DNA from: a virus
Lineage: Duplodnaviria > Caudoviricetes
Reading direction: 5' to 3' (one strand)
DNA length: 56,526 nucleotides
IMG/VR virus record: IMGVR_UViG_3300036785_000842
Span: 1 to 56,526 of that record
Below, piece after piece: positions 35,747 to 45,993 of the stretch. A program made the translations under genes and the position numbers. The stretch's first letter is position 1. Each line of letters opens with the position of its first letter. Under the pieces are notes generated by a model that was not told the DNA's origin, did no database searches, and saw nothing but the letters and a program-made list of their open reading frames with translations.

Positions 35747-36667
35747 TCATGCGGTTTGGGTGATCACAATAACGCCGGCGCGCCCGGCGCCGCCGTTGGC
35801 GGCGGTGGTGCCCACCCCGCCGCCACTCGCGCCGCCGCCGTAAAGGCCGCCCGTGCTGCCGGGTGAGCCCGCGACGGTCGCGGAACTCCCACCGCCGCCA
35901 GCCCCGCCACCGCTACCGTGGTTGACGCCCCACTCGTTGCCTCGCCCGCCAGCGCCGCCCGCGGCAGACGGCCCGCCAAAAGCACCACCACCACCGCCGC
36001 TGCCGCTGGTCCCGCCGCCGCCTGCGGCACCAGTAGTGCCGCCCGCCCCGCCCGCCGCTCCGGTATTCGCCCCAAAGGTTATCGAGGCGCCGCCCGCCCC
36101 GCCATTGGCCGTGCTCGTCGAACCGTTGGCCCCGTTGGCGCCGCCGCCGCTACCACCACCACCGCCGGCTCCCTTGTTGGTAGGGTCCGCCGAACCGCCC
36201 GCCCCGCCTGGGCCGCCTGGGCCGCCCGCCCCGCCACCGCCTCCAGCGCTGGCACCGCTTAAACCAACCCCACCGGTGCCGCCAGCATTGCCGGTGCCAC
36301 CGGTGCCACCGGTGCCACCGGTGCCAACAGCCCCCCCGCCGGCGCCGCCAGGCCCACCACCCATTGCGATGAGCACGCCGCTGTTCCAGTTGGTGTTGGT
36401 GCCGGCTGTAGAAACGGTACTCCCGGCAACCCCACCAGCACCGCCGGCGCCGATGACAATCGGATAGACAGTGGTGTTGACGATCGAGACGCCCGTCAAG
36501 ACGCGGTATTCGCCGCCGCCTGCACCGCTTCCACCGGCCGACCCGCCACCACCGCTGCCGCCGATGGCTTCGATCGTCGCGGTGCCGGTGAAGGTCGCGG
36601 TCCAGCTGGTGCCGATCGTCAAGAAAACCGGTGCGGCCAAGGCGACGGGTTTGCTGAACAGCATCAT
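35747..36667 (-). CDS. glycine-rich tail fibre domain protein
   Basis: IEAIGGSGGGG...GAGGGEY...GAGRAGVIVIT; ATGA overlap with the long fibre. Confidence 0.8.
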   Translation of the reverse strand: MMLFSKPVALAAPVFLTIGTSWTATFTGTATIEAIGGSGGGGSAGGSGAGGGEYRVLTGVSIVNTTVYPIVIGAGGAGGVAGSTVSTAGTNTNWNSGVLIAMGGGPGGAGGGAVGTGGTGGTGGTGNAGGTGGVGLSGASAGGGGGAGGPGGPGGAGGSADPTNKGAGGGGGSGGGANGANGSTSTANGGAGGASITFGANTGAAGGAGGTTGAAGGGGTSGSGGGGGAFGGPSAAGGAGGRGNEWGVNHGSGGGAGGGGSSATVAGSPGSTGGLYGGGASGGGVGTTAANGGAGRAGVIVITQTA

Positions 36668-39600
36668 TGCAACGTCACCTGAATGCCGCCGATCGAGTTC
36701 GTAAACGTGCCGGTGCTCGCCAGGATCAGCCGGTCGCCCGCCGCCATCGCCATCGTCGTCAAGGTCATCGGCTGGTCGCCGCTCTGGTAAATACTGCTGT
36801 TGCAATTCACCGACATGCCGCCATGAACCGACGTGCCCGGCCCGGCTGTCGAGCCCGCCGGCACCAGATTGACCGATACGGTGGCCGCCGCTCCGTTGAG
36901 CACCGTAATCACGCCGATCACCGAGACGATAGTCCTCGGTGCGTCCGCCCTAAACACAAACCCGTTGTTGGGGTTGGCTCCGGCGATCCACGCCACGGTC
37001 TTCACGATCTGCCCGATCGGCGCCCCGTTGAGTGCCAGGACGGGCGCCCCGGCGGTCCCGGTTCCTGCAAGGTTGATTGTGCCGGCGCCCATATCGCCGG
37101 TCATCGGCAACGTACCGCCGGTCGGCGCGCCGACCACCATGCCTTCGCCGAGCGCCAACCGCTGATTCAGGGTGGTGCCGCCATGGGTCGTCGTGTTGAA
37201 TGTAAGCTGCGTGCTTTCGACAGGCGTCGTGTTGTTCCAAGCTTCCGCAGCCAGACAGTTAATCGTCGCCCGGTTGCCGGCGCTGTATCCAGCGCCGTTG
37301 TAACCGCGCCAGGCAATACCACCCATCAGGGCGCCCTGTGTCAGGGCAGTAGGGGTACCTGCAGTCCCAAGCGAGGTGCGCATCAGGATACTGGGCGAGT
37401 TACCAGCACTCGCGCCGCTATAGGCATCCATCTCCAGCCGCGGTACAGTGGCATCCAGGCCACTGATCTGCATGGCCGTCCCGGGCTGCGGCGCCTGCGC
37501 GGCGGCGGTATTGAGATTGACCACCACCGCACCGCTGAAATTCGCCGCCGCGGCCGTGATCGTCCCGGTGAAGGTCGGCGACGGCGCCGTGAGCAGACCG
37601 GTAAATGTCGCCCCCGCCAACGCCGCGCGGCTAGTATCCGAGGGATGTACGTGATCGGGCCGCGCATAGGTCACCTGGGTGCCGATCGTCGCCGTGCCGT
37701 CCATGACCGGTGTCGTCACGGTGTTGACCACCGGCACGGAAGCGACGGTCGCTATCCCGAGTGTGGATAAGCTCTGAAAACTCGGGTTGGAGGAAGCTCC
37801 GTTGCTGGCAAGGATATTTCCTGCTCCGGCGGGAGCTGCGGCACCAAAGGGGGCAGCACTGCCGCCGCCAAGCAACACATTGAACGCAGGCGGTGCCGCC
37901 AGCCCGGTGCCGCCGCTGGTAACCCCAAGCGGTGTGGCCATCGTCACCGTGCCGGTGAAGGCCGGCCCGGCCAGCGGCGCGTACTGCGCGAGGTTGAGCA
38001 TCGTCGACACTTGCGCCGCGTTCAGGTCGAGCGGCGCACCAAGCGCCACATTATTATTGCCCTTGATCGTGTTGGCCGCCATCTGCGCCAGGATCGCGTT
38101 GGTAACGGCCTGCGCCGCCAACTTCCCGGTCGTCACCACGGCGGGCTGGATAGTCGCCGCACCGCCTTGAGGGATCAGGATATCTCCAGTTACCAATACC
38201 CAATTAGGCTGATTGGTGCCGCTGTTGACCTGCAATATCTGATTGCCGACAGGCAAAGCGAGCCGCGCCAGATTGCCGCTCGAGCCGCGAAAATATATAT
38301 CGCCGGCAGCATCGCTACCGACATTGAGCCCGGAGACTGTCGTGCCGGTGAAGGTCATCCCCGACGTGCTGACCACCGCTGCAGCCGTCGTGTTGTAATA
38401 CGCCGCTTGACTGGCCGCCCCCGGAGCATTGACCGTGCCGCTGCCGCCGGTACCCGGAGTGAGCAGCGTGCCGTTGACGTAAAAACCGCCGCCGCTCCCG
38501 ACATTGACGGTGTTCAGACCCATATCGGCGGCGCCGGCGCCGACCATCAGCCCCTGACCGATCGTCAGCGGAATCGTAGCGGCAGTGCCGGTGGCGGGAT
38601 TGGTAAGAAACTCGAGCCGTGTCGGATGGTTGGCAGTCGACCAAACCCCATTCGTTACCGCACGAATAGCCGCCGGCACAGAGCCCGTCTCAAACGAGGA
38701 ACCGTCCCAGCCCCAAAAGCGCAGCGCGCCGATATAAGCAGCGGCGGCGGTCGGGGCAATATTTGTCGGCGCCGCTTGGGTTCCCGCCGCCGTGCGGAAG
38801 TTGAGACTGGTGGTCGTCCCGGCTGCCAACCCGAAGGCGTCCATCACGATCAGCGCCGGCGCGCCGTCGATCGCGCCGGTATGAAACATCGGCGTGCCCA
38901 ATGTCGTCGACTGCATCGCCGCGACATTGAGATTGACCGACAGCGTGCTGGACATGTTCAGCGTGCCAGCCCCAAACACGCCGCCAGGGGGACCGCCGAT
39001 CGCCAAGCCACCAGTGATCGTGCCACCGACCAGCGGAAGGGCGCCGATATTGGTCGCCGCCGCCGCCCCCGCGGCCGTCGCCCCGGTGCCGCCGCTAGCC
39101 ACCGGAACCGTCGCCAATCCTATGGTTACAGTTGGTGTCGTACCGCCGCCGGTGATCGGTGCGGCGACATTGACCGTGGTTATCCCGCCGCCGGTTGCCG
39201 CCGCCACCGGCAGCCAGGTCGAGCCGTTCCACCCCATCACGTAGCCGGTCGTTGGCGCGGCGGTCGAGAGCGGCCGGGTCGCCAGATGAGCGTCGGCGTA
39301 CTGCTTGGTCACCGCACCGAGCGCCACGGTTGGATCGCCCGACAGGATCAAGGGGCCAGTCATCGTGTCGCCGGCGACGTCGACCGCGTCTTCCGCCATC
39401 GCCATGATGTTGTCGGCGTATTGCTTGGTCACCGCACCGAGTACCCCGGTCGGGTCGGCGTTGAGGGTCAGCGGGCCGGTCATGGTCACATTGCCGGCCA
39501 GCGGCACCGCAGCGTTGGCGACCGCGCTGACGGCGTCGACGTAGCCTTTGGTCGCCGCCTGGTTGACCGGCGAAACCCCGGTCGGTGCGGCCGACAGGGT

Positions 39601-40317
39601 CAGCGGGCCGGTCATGGTCACATTGCCGGCCAGCGGCACCGCAGCGTTGGCGACCGTGCTGACGGCGTCGACGTAGCCTTTGGTCGCCGCCTGGTTGACC
39701 GGCGAGGCCCCGGTCGGTGCGGCCGACAGGGTCAGCGGGCCGGTCATGGTCACATTGCCGGCCAGCGGCACATAGGGATAGGTCTTGGTGTCGACGTAGT
39801 TCTTGGTCGCCGCCTGCAATGCCGATTGCGGATCGCCGGTGAGCGACAAGAACCCGGTCATCGCGTCGCCGGCGCGCTTGACCGCAGCGTTGGCGACCGC
39901 GCCGACATTGTCGACGTAATTCTTGGTCGCCGCTGCCAAGGACTGCCCGGGCAGCGGATCGGCGGCGAGCCACAGCACCCCGGTCATCGTTCCGCCGGCG
40001 GTCGGCAATACACGCGCCCAGGCCGACGCCCCGCTGACCTGGCCGCGGCCATAGATGGCGCCGTCGATCGGCGCCTCCGGCACTCCGGTGGTGGCGCTGA
40101 TCAGCGACCATTGCCCGGCGCCCGACGGTCCCCGTCGGCCATAGAGCTGGCTATCCGGCGGCTCGGGGATCCCGCCGCCGCCCCCGACCACCGTTACCGG
40201 CAGCGGATGAGCGATGCTGGGCGGGTACCAGTGCTCGCCGGTGTCGGGTCCGGGGTTGTAGACCGCGACCGGCAGCGGATTGGCGTTGCTCGGCGGAAAC
40301 CAGGTCTCGTCGGCCAT
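36664..40317 (-). CDS. long tail fibre protein
   Basis: Foldon-like EAP.DG..YGR motifs, repeated GxTMTGPLTL...AATKxYVD, ARPDHVHP. Confidence 0.88.
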   Translation of the reverse strand: MADETWFPPSNANPLPVAVYNPGPDTGEHWYPPSIAHPLPVTVVGGGGGIPEPPDSQLYGRRGPSGAGQWSLISATTGVPEAPIDGAIYGRGQVSGASAWARVLPTAGGTMTGVLWLAADPLPGQSLAAATKNYVDNVGAVANAAVKRAGDAMTGFLSLTGDPQSALQAATKNYVDTKTYPYVPLAGNVTMTGPLTLSAAPTGASPVNQAATKGYVDAVSTVANAAVPLAGNVTMTGPLTLSAAPTGVSPVNQAATKGYVDAVSAVANAAVPLAGNVTMTGPLTLNADPTGVLGAVTKQYADNIMAMAEDAVDVAGDTMTGPLILSGDPTVALGAVTKQYADAHLATRPLSTAAPTTGYVMGWNGSTWLPVAAATGGGITTVNVAAPITGGGTTPTVTIGLATVPVASGGTGATAAGAAAATNIGALPLVGGTITGGLAIGGPPGGVFGAGTLNMSSTLSVNLNVAAMQSTTLGTPMFHTGAIDGAPALIVMDAFGLAAGTTTSLNFRTAAGTQAAPTNIAPTAAAAYIGALRFWGWDGSSFETGSVPAAIRAVTNGVWSTANHPTRLEFLTNPATGTAATIPLTIGQGLMVGAGAADMGLNTVNVGSGGGFYVNGTLLTPGTGGSGTVNAPGAASQAAYYNTTAAAVVSTSGMTFTGTTVSGLNVGSDAAGDIYFRGSSGNLARLALPVGNQILQVNSGTNQPNWVLVTGDILIPQGGAATIQPAVVTTGKLAAQAVTNAILAQMAANTIKGNNNVALGAPLDLNAAQVSTMLNLAQYAPLAGPAFTGTVTMATPLGVTSGGTGLAAPPAFNVLLGGGSAAPFGAAAPAGAGNILASNGASSNPSFQSLSTLGIATVASVPVVNTVTTPVMDGTATIGTQVTYARPDHVHPSDTSRAALAGATFTGLLTAPSPTFTGTITAAAANFSGAVVVNLNTAAAQAPQPGTAMQISGLDATVPRLEMDAYSGASAGNSPSILMRTSLGTAGTPTALTQGALMGGIAWRGYNGAGYSAGNRATINCLAAEAWNNTTPVESTQLTFNTTTHGGTTLNQRLALGEGMVVGAPTGGTLPMTGDMGAGTINLAGTGTAGAPVLALNGAPIGQIVKTVAWIAGANPNNGFVFRADAPRTIVSVIGVITVLNGAAATVSVNLVPAGSTAGPGTSVHGGMSVNCNSSIYQSGDQPMTLTTMAMAAGDRLILASTGTFTNSIGGIQVTLQ
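39420..39775. repeat. 132-bp coding tandem repeat in the tail fibre
   Basis: 44-aa unit VPLAGNVTMTGPLTLSAAPTGxSPVNQAATKGYVDAVSxVANAA, about 2.5 near-identical copies. Confidence 0.85.
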
Positions 40318-40319
40318 CG

Positions 40320-40583
40320 CTAGTCCTGCTGCACGCCGATCGGCACCCACTCGCCGTTGCGCCGGGCATAGACCCGCCCGTCATGCGGCGCGTCCTCGAT
40401 CAGCGCCACCTCGGCCGGGCGCGCCCCCGCAGCGGCGCGGGTCACGACGACCACCGGCAGCGGGTTGGCGGTGGTCGGCGGATACCAGCCATCGACATTG
40501 GGTGCCGGGCCGGCGACCTGGACCGTTGGCAACGGATTGGCGGTCGTCCATGGCCCAGCCAAGACCCCCCGCCCCCCGCTCAT
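40320..40583 (-). CDS. short fibre-associated protein with foldon-like C-terminus
   Basis: IEDAPHDGRVYARRNGEWV resembles the T4 fibritin foldon; W.PP..ANPLPV repeats shared with the fibre N-terminus. Confidence 0.7.
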   Translation of the reverse strand: MSGGRGVLAGPWTTANPLPTVQVAGPAPNVDGWYPPTTANPLPVVVVTRAAAGARPAEVALIEDAPHDGRVYARRNGEWVPIGVQQD

Positions 40584-40867
40584 GACCGATCGCGCGCGGC
40601 CAGGCGGTCGCCGAGCTCGCGCGCGATCCGGCCGTTCGAATTGCCGGTGCGCTTGGCCTGCGGGCCCTTCGACTGCGCGATGCCGGGATATTCCTTGGCG
40701 ACCTTGCGGCGCACCTGAGCCTTTTCGGTCGGCGAGCCAAATTGCGAGACCCTGGTGAGCGCGCTGCGCGCCCGGTTTGCGGTGTCGACCGGGTAACCGT
40801 TGGTTTGTGGGACGGCAAACTCCTTCTTAGGCAGCGCCGCGCGCCGTTTGGCGGTCAGCTCAGCCAT
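40580..40867 (-). CDS. DUF6582-like basic protein
   Basis: LTAKRRAALPKKEFAVP...YPVDTANRARSALTRVSQ. Confidence 0.7.
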   Translation of the reverse strand: MAELTAKRRAALPKKEFAVPQTNGYPVDTANRARSALTRVSQFGSPTEKAQVRRKVAKEYPGIAQSKGPQAKRTGNSNGRIARELGDRLAARDRS

Positions 40868-41655
40868 CAGCCAGCCTCCTCCTGAAGCTCGTGCACCGGC
40901 GGCGCCGGCGGCTCGCCGCCGAGTGCGGCCGCACCCGCGACCCGCGGCATGCGCAACTCGCGCGGCGGCGCCAGCGCGGCGAATTCGTCGAGTGCCGAGA
41001 CCGGAGCCCCGACCATGGCGCCGGGGTTGCCGAGCTGCTTGGCCATCTCGACCGGGTCGTGGAGGGCCGGGACATAGGTCGGCATTTGCGGCTGCTGGCG
41101 CTGATACTCGGCTGCCCGGGTCATCTGCAATAATTGCTGCCCGAGCCCCTCGACCTGGTTCTCCAGGGTCGAGATGCGCAACCGCAACGTGTCGTTCTCG
41201 GTGAACAATTTGGTCGCCACGGCCTCGCGCTCGGCGTCGTCGAGATAGGCCTTGGCGCGCAACCGCAGCATCTGACCGCCCATACCGAGGTTCTGCACCG
41301 CCAGATCCGAGAGATCGGCGAGGTCCTCGATGGTGCGGACGTTGCGATAATTTAATTCAGCGATCTGCGCTCTCTTCAAAAGCGACCATTCGCTGAGCGG
41401 AGTGCCGCTGAGCGGCGCCTCCTTGCCCGCCTTGAATGCCGCGTAGAGCTCGGGCCAGCGCTCGACATGCCCGTCATTGACCCGCTCGACCAGAATCGTG
41501 CCCGAGCCGGGGATGAAGATCTTGACAAAATCGACATCGCGAAAGATGTCGCGTCCGGCCTTGACCGAAGCAAAGCCGTCGCGTTCGGCGTCGGTATAAA
41601 ATTCGGCGCGGGTCTGCCGCGCCGGCCCGTCATAGGTCCGGCTGTAGCCCAGCAT
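40867..41655 (-). CDS. conserved podophage protein (HhH-like + coiled coil)
   Basis: GRDIFRDVDFVKIFIPG, GTPLSEW, NVRTIEDLADLSD. Confidence 0.7.
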   Translation of the reverse strand: MLGYSRTYDGPARQTRAEFYTDAERDGFASVKAGRDIFRDVDFVKIFIPGSGTILVERVNDGHVERWPELYAAFKAGKEAPLSGTPLSEWSLLKRAQIAELNYRNVRTIEDLADLSDLAVQNLGMGGQMLRLRAKAYLDDAEREAVATKLFTENDTLRLRISTLENQVEGLGQQLLQMTRAAEYQRQQPQMPTYVPALHDPVEMAKQLGNPGAMVGAPVSALDEFAALAPPRELRMPRVAGAAALGGEPPAPPVHELQEEAG

Positions 41656-41673
41656 GGGGCCTCCTCCTATGGA

Positions 41674-42975
41674 TCAGTTCGGAACGTAGAGGACGCGGCC
41701 GCTGCCGCCCGGCCCGGAATTGGCCGGCCCCAGCAACACGGTCTGGATCGACGTCGTGGTGCCGTTGTTGGTCAGCAGCTGGAAATTGGTCTGGTTAGCC
41801 ACCGGCGCCATGTTGAACGAGCCCACCCGGGTAAAGGTGACCGGCGCACCCAGTGTCCCCGGCGGCGCCTGGCGCAACGCAAATACCTGACTGGTCGCAT
41901 CGAAGGCGAGATCAAAGGCCGGGTTGTTCGAATTATAGCTCCAGGTGTTGTGGACCGAGTCGTAGACCACGTTCACCGTAAAGTGGCCGCCAATATCGCC
42001 GCCTTGCAACGTGCTAATCGGGTCGATCGCGATCAGCCCCGGATGAATGGTCGCCAGACGCTGCCAGGTTATTACGCTGTTGGAGGGGCCGCCCAGCCCC
42101 TGGCGGAATGCTATGTTGTCCGCCGTCACGTCGTAGACCAGGTCAAACGCCGGCATGTTAGTTTGAGTATAAGTGAAATTCTGCTGCACCGGATCAAACT
42201 GGGCATTGACCATGTAGTGGGCAGTACTGTCGCTGCCAAAGAACACGTTCGAATTGAGCCCGATGAACCCGTTCGACATGTCGGAGACCCGGGTCCAGGT
42301 TATCGTCTGCCCGGCCTGGCCGGCGGGAGCCGACCGCATCGCCCATTCCTGGGCCGTCAGGTTCCACACAAAGTCGAAGGCCGGGCCGTTGGTCAGGTAT
42401 TTGAACGTAAAATTACCCTGGGCATCCGGCTCCGTCTGGTAGGCGTTGGTGAGGATGTGCGTGACCGTAAGGCCCGGCGGCTGAAGCGACGAGCCGGGCG
42501 ACAAGACCAGACCGGTCGTCGAGAAGATCGTCCCCGGCGCAGCGTCGGTCGGTGGCGTGACCCCGACCCCGAGTGGCCCCGGCACGGTGACCGGGCCGCT
42601 CGCGCTATCCGCACTGCCAGCGAGCTGTCCGGCGATCCATTGCCGGCGAGCCGGCGCAAATACCCCGGTCATGAACGCCTCCAGCAAAAACGGCTCCCCG
42701 GGGGGGATATCGTTGATGTACTCGGTGCCATCGGGATAGACCTCCACCGTGTAAAGATTGCTGTTGAACAAAAAGTGCAGAAATTGCCCTGAGGCCGGAC
42801 GCAGCCGCACCCCCTGGCCGAGGTTCCCGAACAGCACCTGAAAATTGGTTTCGACCAGTGCCGCACTCTGCTGATCGACGCCCTGCGGCGCCAACACGGC
42901 CGGACTGTCCGAGGCCAGCATGTGAGCCAGCTTCGCCGGGGTTCCGGCCAGCATGACCTCGCGTTTGGTAGCCAT
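41674..42975 (-). CDS. putative head fibre / capsid decoration protein with three internal repeats
   Basis: Three N...F/W.Y....PAFD......A.R.......ITW.R repeats; fibre-type C-terminus. Confidence 0.55.
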   Translation of the reverse strand: MATKREVMLAGTPAKLAHMLASDSPAVLAPQGVDQQSAALVETNFQVLFGNLGQGVRLRPASGQFLHFLFNSNLYTVEVYPDGTEYINDIPPGEPFLLEAFMTGVFAPARRQWIAGQLAGSADSASGPVTVPGPLGVGVTPPTDAAPGTIFSTTGLVLSPGSSLQPPGLTVTHILTNAYQTEPDAQGNFTFKYLTNGPAFDFVWNLTAQEWAMRSAPAGQAGQTITWTRVSDMSNGFIGLNSNVFFGSDSTAHYMVNAQFDPVQQNFTYTQTNMPAFDLVYDVTADNIAFRQGLGGPSNSVITWQRLATIHPGLIAIDPISTLQGGDIGGHFTVNVVYDSVHNTWSYNSNNPAFDLAFDATSQVFALRQAPPGTLGAPVTFTRVGSFNMAPVANQTNFQLLTNNGTTTSIQTVLLGPANSGPGGSGRVLYVPN

Positions 42976-43090
42976 ATCTTAGGGTCCTTGGGTTGCCGGG
43001 GCCGGATCGGTCGAGCCGAGGAGCCGGGCGACGGCGGCGGGTAGTCCGGCATGCATCAACAGGCTGGTCTGCGCCATGCCGCCGCCCCTC

Positions 43091-43591
43091 TCAGTTCACC
43101 ACCGGCCGCGAGATTTCGACATTGACCGTCGCATCAGTGGTTACCGCAGCGGAGCTGACCACCGCCCCGGTCAAGGCTCCTGCGGTGGCGGCCCCCCCGG
43201 CACTGGTGGCGACCTGCCCGGGCGTCGCCGAGACGCCGACTGCGGCACCCAGCGCAATCGCCGCACCGCTGGTCTTGGCGATCAGCGCATTGCCGGTGAT
43301 CTGAAACCAGCCGAACTGGCCCGCACCAGGTGCGGCCATCGCGACCGCCACGGGCGACCCGCCTTTGGCCCCGGTCACCGCCAGGACCGTCGCGGGCGTC
43401 AGCTGGTTATAGGTCACCAGTGACCCGAGCACGGTCCCCGCCACCCCCGGCAGATACAGAAACTCGCCGCCGCCCAAGACCGGGTCGAGGGCGTGCGCCA
43501 GCATGCCCGGATAAGCCGGAATGCGCGGGAAGCTGTCGACCTGGCGCATCCCCGGCAGACCGGCGATGTCGTCTTGAAACGCATAGGCCAT
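43091..43591 (-). CDS. capsid decoration/cement protein
   Basis: Directly after MCP; GGGEFLYL, VAVAM, QFGWFQITG. Confidence 0.7.
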   Translation of the reverse strand: MAYAFQDDIAGLPGMRQVDSFPRIPAYPGMLAHALDPVLGGGEFLYLPGVAGTVLGSLVTYNQLTPATVLAVTGAKGGSPVAVAMAAPGAGQFGWFQITGNALIAKTSGAAIALGAAVGVSATPGQVATSAGGAATAGALTGAVVSSAAVTTDATVNVEISRPVVN

Positions 43592-43607
43592 TACTGTCCT
43601 CCTAAAT

Positions 43608-43634
43608 GACAAACCCGGCTTTCGCCGAGATTCG
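43608..43634 (-). terminator. hairpin / weak terminator after MCP
   Basis: CTCGGC-GAAA-GCCGGG followed by TTTGT. Confidence 0.5.
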
Positions 43635-43657
43635 TGTTCCGATTTACTCTGCTTACC

Positions 43658-44689
43658 CTAGTTAATCAGCACGCCCTGCAAAAACGCGTTCGACATAGTC
43701 ATGTTGCCGGCCCACCCGACCAGTTTGACCATTGCGTCCTGATTGACGGTAAACCGGTCAGGATTGAGCGGGACCATGTTGCGGTCGCGGTGCGGTCTCA
43801 GGAAGATGTAATCTGTATTGAGAAAGTACATATGATTACTTGGAGCGCCACTCAAGGTTGCCCAGGTGATGCCGCCGCCGATCGTCGTCCCGGTGCCGGC
43901 CGCGACCCCCTGGAAGCCACCATCGAACACCACGTCGGCATCCATGAATTTGAGGCTCTGGAACCCGGCCACCCCCTCGTTCGGGTTGGTGATCCGCTGG
44001 ATCGCCTGCAGGCTCTCCCAATAGAATGTGAAATACGCGTTATCCGCGATCATAAGATCCGGCCTATCGGTGCCGCGTACCTGGTTTAACCACTGCCGGT
44101 TCATCATGGTCTGCATCGTTGCCGTACCGGGTGTAAGACCCGCCGCAGCAAAGGAGCCCACATAGGCCCGCCAGAACGGCCACAGCCCGCGGTCGATGCC
44201 GCCGACCACGCCGGCGGTCTCGACATCGGCGACGAGCAATTGCAGACCGCCGATCTGCTTGCCGCCGTCCAACGTGCCATTGCCGTAGCAGTCGCCCGAG
44301 ATGCCGTTGGTCATCGTCCGCTCGGCATTGCCGATGCGGCTTTCCAACAGATCGATCATGCGCTCGACGCCGCTGTTCTGCAGCTCTTCGAGACCGCTGA
44401 TCGAGACCGCGACCGCGGCCTGCGCCCAGGGATATTGCGCCGCAGTGAAGACATCGGACGGCGAAATATTCAATATGTCGTAACCCGAATATCTCTTGTA
44501 AGTCCCGTTTTCTGAGTACTCCAATTCCTGGACGATCGCCTGCCCGCCGTCGACCGGCTTGATCTTGTTGCGCTGGCTGAGCTTGGCGAGGATCGCGTTG
44601 TTCTTGGTGACGTTGTCGGCGAGCTTGCGACTTCTATTGAACAGGGTAGTCGTCGTAATTTCGCCCCAGTTCGGATTTGGTGAAGGCAT
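43658..44689 (-). CDS. major capsid protein
   Basis: 343 aa; LADNVTKNNAIL, YSGYD, SISGLEEL.NSG, GGIDR, YFLNTDYI; follows the scaffold. Confidence 0.9.
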   Translation of the reverse strand: MPSPNPNWGEITTTTLFNRSRKLADNVTKNNAILAKLSQRNKIKPVDGGQAIVQELEYSENGTYKRYSGYDILNISPSDVFTAAQYPWAQAAVAVSISGLEELQNSGVERMIDLLESRIGNAERTMTNGISGDCYGNGTLDGGKQIGGLQLLVADVETAGVVGGIDRGLWPFWRAYVGSFAAAGLTPGTATMQTMMNRQWLNQVRGTDRPDLMIADNAYFTFYWESLQAIQRITNPNEGVAGFQSLKFMDADVVFDGGFQGVAAGTGTTIGGGITWATLSGAPSNHMYFLNTDYIFLRPHRDRNMVPLNPDRFTVNQDAMVKLVGWAGNMTMSNAFLQGVLIN

Positions 44690-44739
44690 GCCATCTCCCC
44701 AAAAGAGGTTTTGCGGGAGGACCCTCGAATGGGAACGCC

Positions 44740-45990
44740 TTAGCGGCGGTCGCCCATATGGGCCCTGATTTCATCACGGATGGATCGTTCCGGGCCTCCC
44801 AGGTCCTGCGGCGCTGCACCGGGTCCGGGGGAACCGGTGACGCTCGAACCCGCGCGGCGCGCGGCGTCTGCTCTGGCCTTCCGCTCGTCTGCCGCTTTCC
44901 TTGCCTCGTCATCATTGCGTTGCGCGAGGAGGCGTTCGCGGGTTGAGGGGTTGGCCCATGCGGCGCGGTCGTAGAGGTCTTGCAGATCGACCGTCGGCTT
45001 GCCCTGAGCTCGGTCGAGCTGGGCGAGCATCGTCATCTGCGACTCCACTTCCGCAAGATACGGATGCAACAGATTGCCGGCGCCGTCGCGCGCATCGGCA
45101 AAGGTCTGATAGGTCTGGCTGGCGGCATTGAGGCGGTCGCGCTGCTCGGCCTCCAACCGCGCGCGCTCGCCGCCTTCGAGCCGCTCGAGTCGCGCCGCGA
45201 GCGCCGGATCGACCGGTGCGGGCTGGCCGCCGCCGTTGGGCTGGTAGCCGCCATTGGGCTGGCCGCCGCCGTCGCCGCCGCCCGACTGCGGGGCAAAGCC
45301 GCGCCGCGCGTTGAGATGGCGAGCGATGTTGACCGGGTCGGCGCCATAGCCGTGAATGAGGTTGGCGATGACCTCGTCCTGGGTCTGCTTGTCGGTCAGG
45401 CCGCGCTCGACCGAGTACCAGATCTTGATGATGTCCTTGGGCTCGCGCTGCTGGGCGCGCAGGTTCTGCTGCCACGGCTGGAACAGCTGCTCGACCTCGC
45501 CATAGCCGCGCTCGAGGTCGGCCGCGCGCTGCAATCGCGGGGTGAGCCCGGCCTCGCGCCGCGCGTTCAGCCTGAGAAACTTTGACCGGTCATCGTCGGA
45601 GGACAGTGATCCAAACAAATCCTTGTCCTCGGCCGACCAGTGCTCGGGTGCCTTGGGCGGACCGGCGGGCTCGGCCGGCGCCCGATCGGCGGCCGGCGGC
45701 GGCGGTTCTCCACCCTCGGCCGGCGGTTGCCGCGGCTCACCGGTCGCCGCACCGGCCGCCGGCGGCGGTTTATCGCCGGCCGCTCCCGGCGGTTCTCCAT
45801 CCCTGGCCGGCGGTTGCCCGGTGCCACCCGACCCGGCATTGGCCAATTGGTCGACATCCGATGGGCCACCCTGGGCCGCCGGCGGCGGCTCTTTGGTCTG
45901 CTCCCGGAAGGTGTCGGCGATCAGCTCGCGCAGGTCGTCGCTCGGCGTGTTGCCGGTCGGCGGCCCGTCGCCACCGCGGTCTCCAGACAT
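44740..45990 (-). CDS. capsid scaffolding protein
   Basis: Acidic/Pro N-terminus, APEHWS, coiled coils, YDRAAWANP; directly upstream of MCP. Confidence 0.8.
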   Translation of the reverse strand: MSGDRGGDGPPTGNTPSDDLRELIADTFREQTKEPPPAAQGGPSDVDQLANAGSGGTGQPPARDGEPPGAAGDKPPPAAGAATGEPRQPPAEGGEPPPPAADRAPAEPAGPPKAPEHWSAEDKDLFGSLSSDDDRSKFLRLNARREAGLTPRLQRAADLERGYGEVEQLFQPWQQNLRAQQREPKDIIKIWYSVERGLTDKQTQDEVIANLIHGYGADPVNIARHLNARRGFAPQSGGGDGGGQPNGGYQPNGGGQPAPVDPALAARLERLEGGERARLEAEQRDRLNAASQTYQTFADARDGAGNLLHPYLAEVESQMTMLAQLDRAQGKPTVDLQDLYDRAAWANPSTRERLLAQRNDDEARKAADERKARADAARRAGSSVTGSPGPGAAPQDLGGPERSIRDEIRAHMGDRR

Positions 45991-45993
45991 CCC

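Noticed and set aside
35747-40317. Diversity-generating retroelement acting on tail fibres
   Set aside because: No reverse transcriptase seen and no TR/VR pair differing at adenines; the repeats are ordinary coding tandem units.
38011-40323. 770-aa plus-strand ORF
   Set aside because: Antisense shadow of the tail fibre gene.
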